NCBI GenBank assembly: GCA_938085445.1
Contig: CALKGR010000001.1
Coordinates: 128,001 to 192,000, forward strand
Length of the DNA: 64,000 nucleotides
Reading direction: 5' to 3'
Source of the DNA: an uncultured Rubripirellula sp.
GTDB taxonomy: Bacteria > Planctomycetota > Planctomycetia > Pirellulales > Pirellulaceae
Shown here: in pieces, positions 60,599 to 64,000 of the stretch
How positions within the stretch are numbered: the stretch's first letter is position 1
Layout: each line of letters begins with the position of its first letter
Program-made: the position numbers and the translations under genes
The notes under the pieces: generated by a model
The model's input: only the letters and a program-made list of their open reading frames with translations
Databases searched by the model: none
What the model was told of the DNA's origin: nothing

Positions 60599-62089
60599 AT
60601 GATTTGCGTAACACTCGGTAGAGCCCGCCACAAACGGATGATTGCCGAACATAAGTTCCTTGCTGAACAAGGGGCGGAACTGGTCGAATTGCGTCTCGAT
60701 TACATCGGTCGCGCAATCAGCCTTACCCGACTGCTCCAAAATCGGCCCTGCCCCGTAGTGCTGACCGCTCGCCGACGAGATGACGGGGGACGCTGGATGA
60801 AGACTGAGCAGGAGCGTTTGATGCTGCTCCGCAGTGCCATCGCCGCTGGGGTGGAATACGTCGACATTGAAGCTGACATCGCCGCCCAAATACCCCGCTA
60901 CGGTAATACCAAACGGATCATCAGCTTTCACGACATGTCAGAAACACCTGACAATCTCGAGGAATTGCACGCTGCGATGGCGGATGAGGATGCGGACATC
61001 GTCAAAATCGCAACCATGGCAAATTCGTTTGCGGACAACCTGCGCATGATCGAGCTTGTCCGCAACGCCAAGGTCCCCACCATCGGAATCTGCATGGGTG
61101 AAATTGGTGTGATCACTCGCTTGTTAGCAAACCGACTCGGTTCACCCTTCACTTACGCGACATTCTCCGGTGGCCGTAAAATGGCACCCGGCCAACTCGA
61201 CTGGAAGGAAATGAGGGACCTGTACAAATACGATACGATCAATGAGGAAACCGAGTTCTTCGGTGTCGTCGCTGACCCGGTTGCACACAGCTATAGTCCG
61301 CTGATCCACAACAGAGCGTTCACAGAAGAAAACCTGAATGCTCGATACTTTCCATTCCGTGTTCCTAAAAACGACTTATCCAGTCTGGTGGATAGTTGCG
61401 CCGACCTGAACATCAGTGGCTTGAGTGTCACCATTCCGCATAAAGAAGACGCCATCGAATTTTGCTCACAGGCTGAATCGAGTGCGACTGGAATCGGTGC
61501 TGTCAACACCATGGTATTTCAAAACAACGACTGCCTTGGCTACAACACTGACTATCGCGCCGCGATGGACTGCATCGAAGAAACTTTCCAAATCGATAAA
61601 TCGCAGGAAAGACCAATGCAGGGACTCACTGCCATGGTACTGGGTGCAGGAGGTGTCTCAAGGGCCATCGCCTGGGGACTCAAGCAACGAAACTGTGATG
61701 TCATCATCAGCTCAAGAACTCACGAGCGAGCCCAGCTCCTTGCCGCGGAAATTGGTTGTCGAACAGTTGAATGGGGGCAACGACATGAGCCGAAGATCAA
61801 CTTGCTAATCAATGGCACCCCGGTGGGCATGCATCCAGACATGGATTCATCCCCCTACAACGCTTCTGCAATGAGCCAGTACCTGGCAGTGTTTGATACC
61901 GTTTACAACCCCGAAAATACGCTTTTGATCAAGCATGCAAAGAAAGCGAATTGCCGAATCATCACCGGTATCGACATGTTCGTAAGACAGGCTGCCTACC
62001 AGTACAAGCTATTCACGGGACTCGATGCACCAGTGCAAACGATGCGGCAGACGATCAAGCAGGCCACCAACCCGGTACAATTGAATTGA
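60599..62089 (+). CDS. aroE: Bifunctional type I 3-dehydroquinate dehydratase / shikimate dehydrogenase (AroD-AroE fusion)
   Basis: VELRLD, SFHD, VKIA, APGQ; then HSYSPLIHN, SVTIPHKE, GAVNT, NTD, LGAGG, MFVRQA. Confidence 0.93.
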   Translation: MICVTLGRARHKRMIAEHKFLAEQGAELVELRLDYIGRAISLTRLLQNRPCPVVLTARRRDDGGRWMKTEQERLMLLRSAIAAGVEYVDIEADIAAQIPRYGNTKRIISFHDMSETPDNLEELHAAMADEDADIVKIATMANSFADNLRMIELVRNAKVPTIGICMGEIGVITRLLANRLGSPFTYATFSGGRKMAPGQLDWKEMRDLYKYDTINEETEFFGVVADPVAHSYSPLIHNRAFTEENLNARYFPFRVPKNDLSSLVDSCADLNISGLSVTIPHKEDAIEFCSQAESSATGIGAVNTMVFQNNDCLGYNTDYRAAMDCIEETFQIDKSQERPMQGLTAMVLGAGGVSRAIAWGLKQRNCDVIISSRTHERAQLLAAEIGCRTVEWGQRHEPKINLLINGTPVGMHPDMDSSPYNASAMSQYLAVFDTVYNPENTLLIKHAKKANCRIITGIDMFVRQAAYQYKLFTGLDAPVQTMRQTIKQATNPVQLN

Positions 62090-62592
62090 GTAGTCGGGAT
62101 TCAGAGTCACCGGTCAAACGAGGCACCAACATACAACTGCGCCAAGCAAAGCCGGTTGATGCTGAAGCTATCCACGCCCTGATGCGACCCTATGTCATGC
62201 AACGCCTGCTGCTTGCCAGAACGGAAACTGAAATCATCGAGCTCACTCGACACGGTTTTGTAGCCTTTCAGAAAACCAAGGGTCAGCCCGATAAATTGAT
62301 CGGGTTCTCTGCGATTGAAATCTATGGACCTAAACTTGCCGAGCTTCAATGCTTGGCCGTTGATACGGATTTTCAAGGTAGTGGCGTAGGTCGACAACTC
62401 GTGGAAGCCTGTGTCGCTCGCGCACAAGAACTTAATGTGATGGAAATTCTCGCGATCAGTTCCTCAGAACGATTCCTGCAAAGTTGCGGGTTCGATTATT
62501 CGCTGCCAGACCAAAAGAAAGCACTCTTTTGCCAACTACGACCGCGACCAACCGAAGTTCGCAAATCCGATCTCAATGAATCGGATTCGTGA
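62086..62592 (+). CDS. GNAT acetyltransferase, short ArgA (N-acetylglutamate synthase)-like
   Basis: LLLAR, LAELQCLAV, QGSGVGRQLV, FLQSCGF; TTG 62086 overlaps the aroE stop. Confidence 0.8.
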   Translation: MSSRDSESPVKRGTNIQLRQAKPVDAEAIHALMRPYVMQRLLLARTETEIIELTRHGFVAFQKTKGQPDKLIGFSAIEIYGPKLAELQCLAVDTDFQGSGVGRQLVEACVARAQELNVMEILAISSSERFLQSCGFDYSLPDQKKALFCQLRPRPTEVRKSDLNESDS

Positions 62593-62796
62593 CGAACTAC
62601 ACAAGGCGATAAAATCCAGCCGATAAAATGCTGGGCAGCCAATCGTCCAAGTAACTACCTGGTATCGATGTAACTGCTTTGCTGCACTCGTCACAAATTG
62701 ACTTTTTCATGCATCGTTTACTGGGTTGATTATCGAGCACAAGCTTGTTGGCCAGCACGCTTTACTGGCATACTCAGCAAAGCACAATCAGCACAT

Positions 62797-64000
62797 TCAT
62801 GACTGGTCATTGAGTTGATCACGGTTTTCGCTACCACGATCATCGAAAGGCTGAATTGGATCGCCTTCCGCCTCATCCTGCTGAGTGTCAGCGTCACGCT
62901 TTTGTTCCATGAGTTCCGAGGCAGATTCGGAAGCTCCACTCAATTCCCGATCCTCAACGAATGCTTCCTGCTCAAATGCAGGATTTTCGCATGACAGGTC
63001 CAGAGAAAGTTCGGCGTCATCGGCGTTCGGATCGGTATCGGCAATGTTCGGATCGGTATCAACTGGCGCCTCGCGAAGCCAAAGTGGGACCACTCCCACC
63101 ATGAGCAGCCAGAACAACATGACTCCAGGAGATGAATTTTCTGATGGCCACAACGGGAATGGCAACCCTGTTGCGGTGTCAGCTGAATCCAAGCGTCGCC
63201 AGAATACGATTTGGAAGGTCAACGCAATTGGCATGGCAACAGCGAATCGCCCAAGAGCATCCGTTTTCCGCGGCATGATCGGATGGATCCAGAAAGCCAG
63301 CACACTTGCAAGTACGATCACTGCAGGCGAAGCCTGCCAGCCGACCAAAAGCGCTGGAATGGAGAGGATAACGATCAGGTCGATCAGTCGAACCGTTGAT
63401 TTCCCCAACGGATCAAGCTTGGGATCCGCCGTAGGACAAAATCCTTTTGCCAAGTACCGACCCAAAGCAGTTGCTGCCACAAGAGCCGTGATTACGCGAA
63501 TCATCGCGTCTACATATCTACCGTCTGGCTGCCAATCATTCTGAACTTCCATCTGCCAAGGGACGACCATTAAGGTCGGAAAGACCAAAATGGGCACGCT
63601 GGTGAACATCAATGCAAAGTAAGATAAATTTGCAGGTAACCGATTACCATCGAATCGGATCAAGCCCAGTGCCCAGCACATCGTTAAACCGACAACATGG
63701 TAAGTGAGAGTGACCAACATCAGCGGATCAAGTCGGGGAAACCAAAGTGCGCCACCATAGGTCTGCGTCTGTCCCGGCAGACTGACTTGATAAAGTTCCG
63801 CGACGGCCACGACGGTTAGCGACAACCCCACCACCGCTTCCACAATGGGATACCTTGATGAAATCGGAAGGCGGCACGTGCGACAACGTCCTTGCAAAGC
63901 TAACCATCCAAACACCGGGAAATTATCACGTGCCTTCAACTGCGCAAGGCACCGCGGACAATGTGAACGACCATTAATCGACTCACCGCGAGGCATCCGC
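62797..64000 (-). CDS. Prepilin peptidase (A24) N-terminal Zn domain-containing membrane protein, 5' end outside the window
   Basis: RSHCPRC...DNFPVFGWLALQGRCRTC...ISSRYPIVE, several TM segments, acidic tail. Confidence 0.85.
   Translation of the reverse strand, partial: RMPRGESINGRSHCPRCLAQLKARDNFPVFGWLALQGRCRTCRLPISSRYPIVEAVVGLSLTVVAVAELYQVSLPGQTQTYGGALWFPRLDPLMLVTLTYHVVGLTMCWALGLIRFDGNRLPANLSYFALMFTSVPILVFPTLMVVPWQMEVQNDWQPDGRYVDAMIRVITALVAATALGRYLAKGFCPTADPKLDPLGKSTVRLIDLIVILSIPALLVGWQASPAVIVLASVLAFWIHPIMPRKTDALGRFAVAMPIALTFQIVFWRRLDSADTATGLPFPLWPSENSSPGVMLFWLLMVGVVPLWLREAPVDTDPNIADTDPNADDAELSLDLSCENPAFEQEAFVEDRELSGASESASELMEQKRDADTQQDEAEGDPIQPFDDRGSENRDQLNDQS

Overview
64 kb of gene-dense chromosomal backbone that looks like a Planctomycete (Pirellulaceae-like). 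This assignment is inferred from the PVC-type CxxCH heme protein, the DUF1080-PhoD fusion, the AroD-AroE fusion, the UDPGP/UAP-type pyrophosphorylase and Tat-exported Gfo/Idh/MocA and PhoD proteins. About 40 CDSs are supported: metG, carB, dusB, galM, nagB with a ROK kinase, aroDE, cutA, an lptD-like gene, a MacAB-like ABC module, several hydrolases and proteases, and two truncated edge genes. I saw no rRNA, tRNA, CRISPR array, integrase or transposase. Best candidate for an undescribed system: an operon of PQQ-like beta-propeller, atypical HemN-family radical SAM and GcvH-like lipoyl-carrier protein (no GcvT/GcvP in the window), with a giant ABC permease and single-domain lipoate ligase pair about 7 kb downstream on the same strand. 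Other signals: a displaced, synonymously diverged second copy of the galM 3' end flanking a 1.2-kb insert; an active plus pseudo-HtrA protease pair; an EF-hand-tipped efflux adaptor; a probably inactive prepilin peptidase; a PspA-like coiled-coil gene missed by the ORF track; and palindromic operator candidates. All family assignments come from motif recognition by eye, not database searches.
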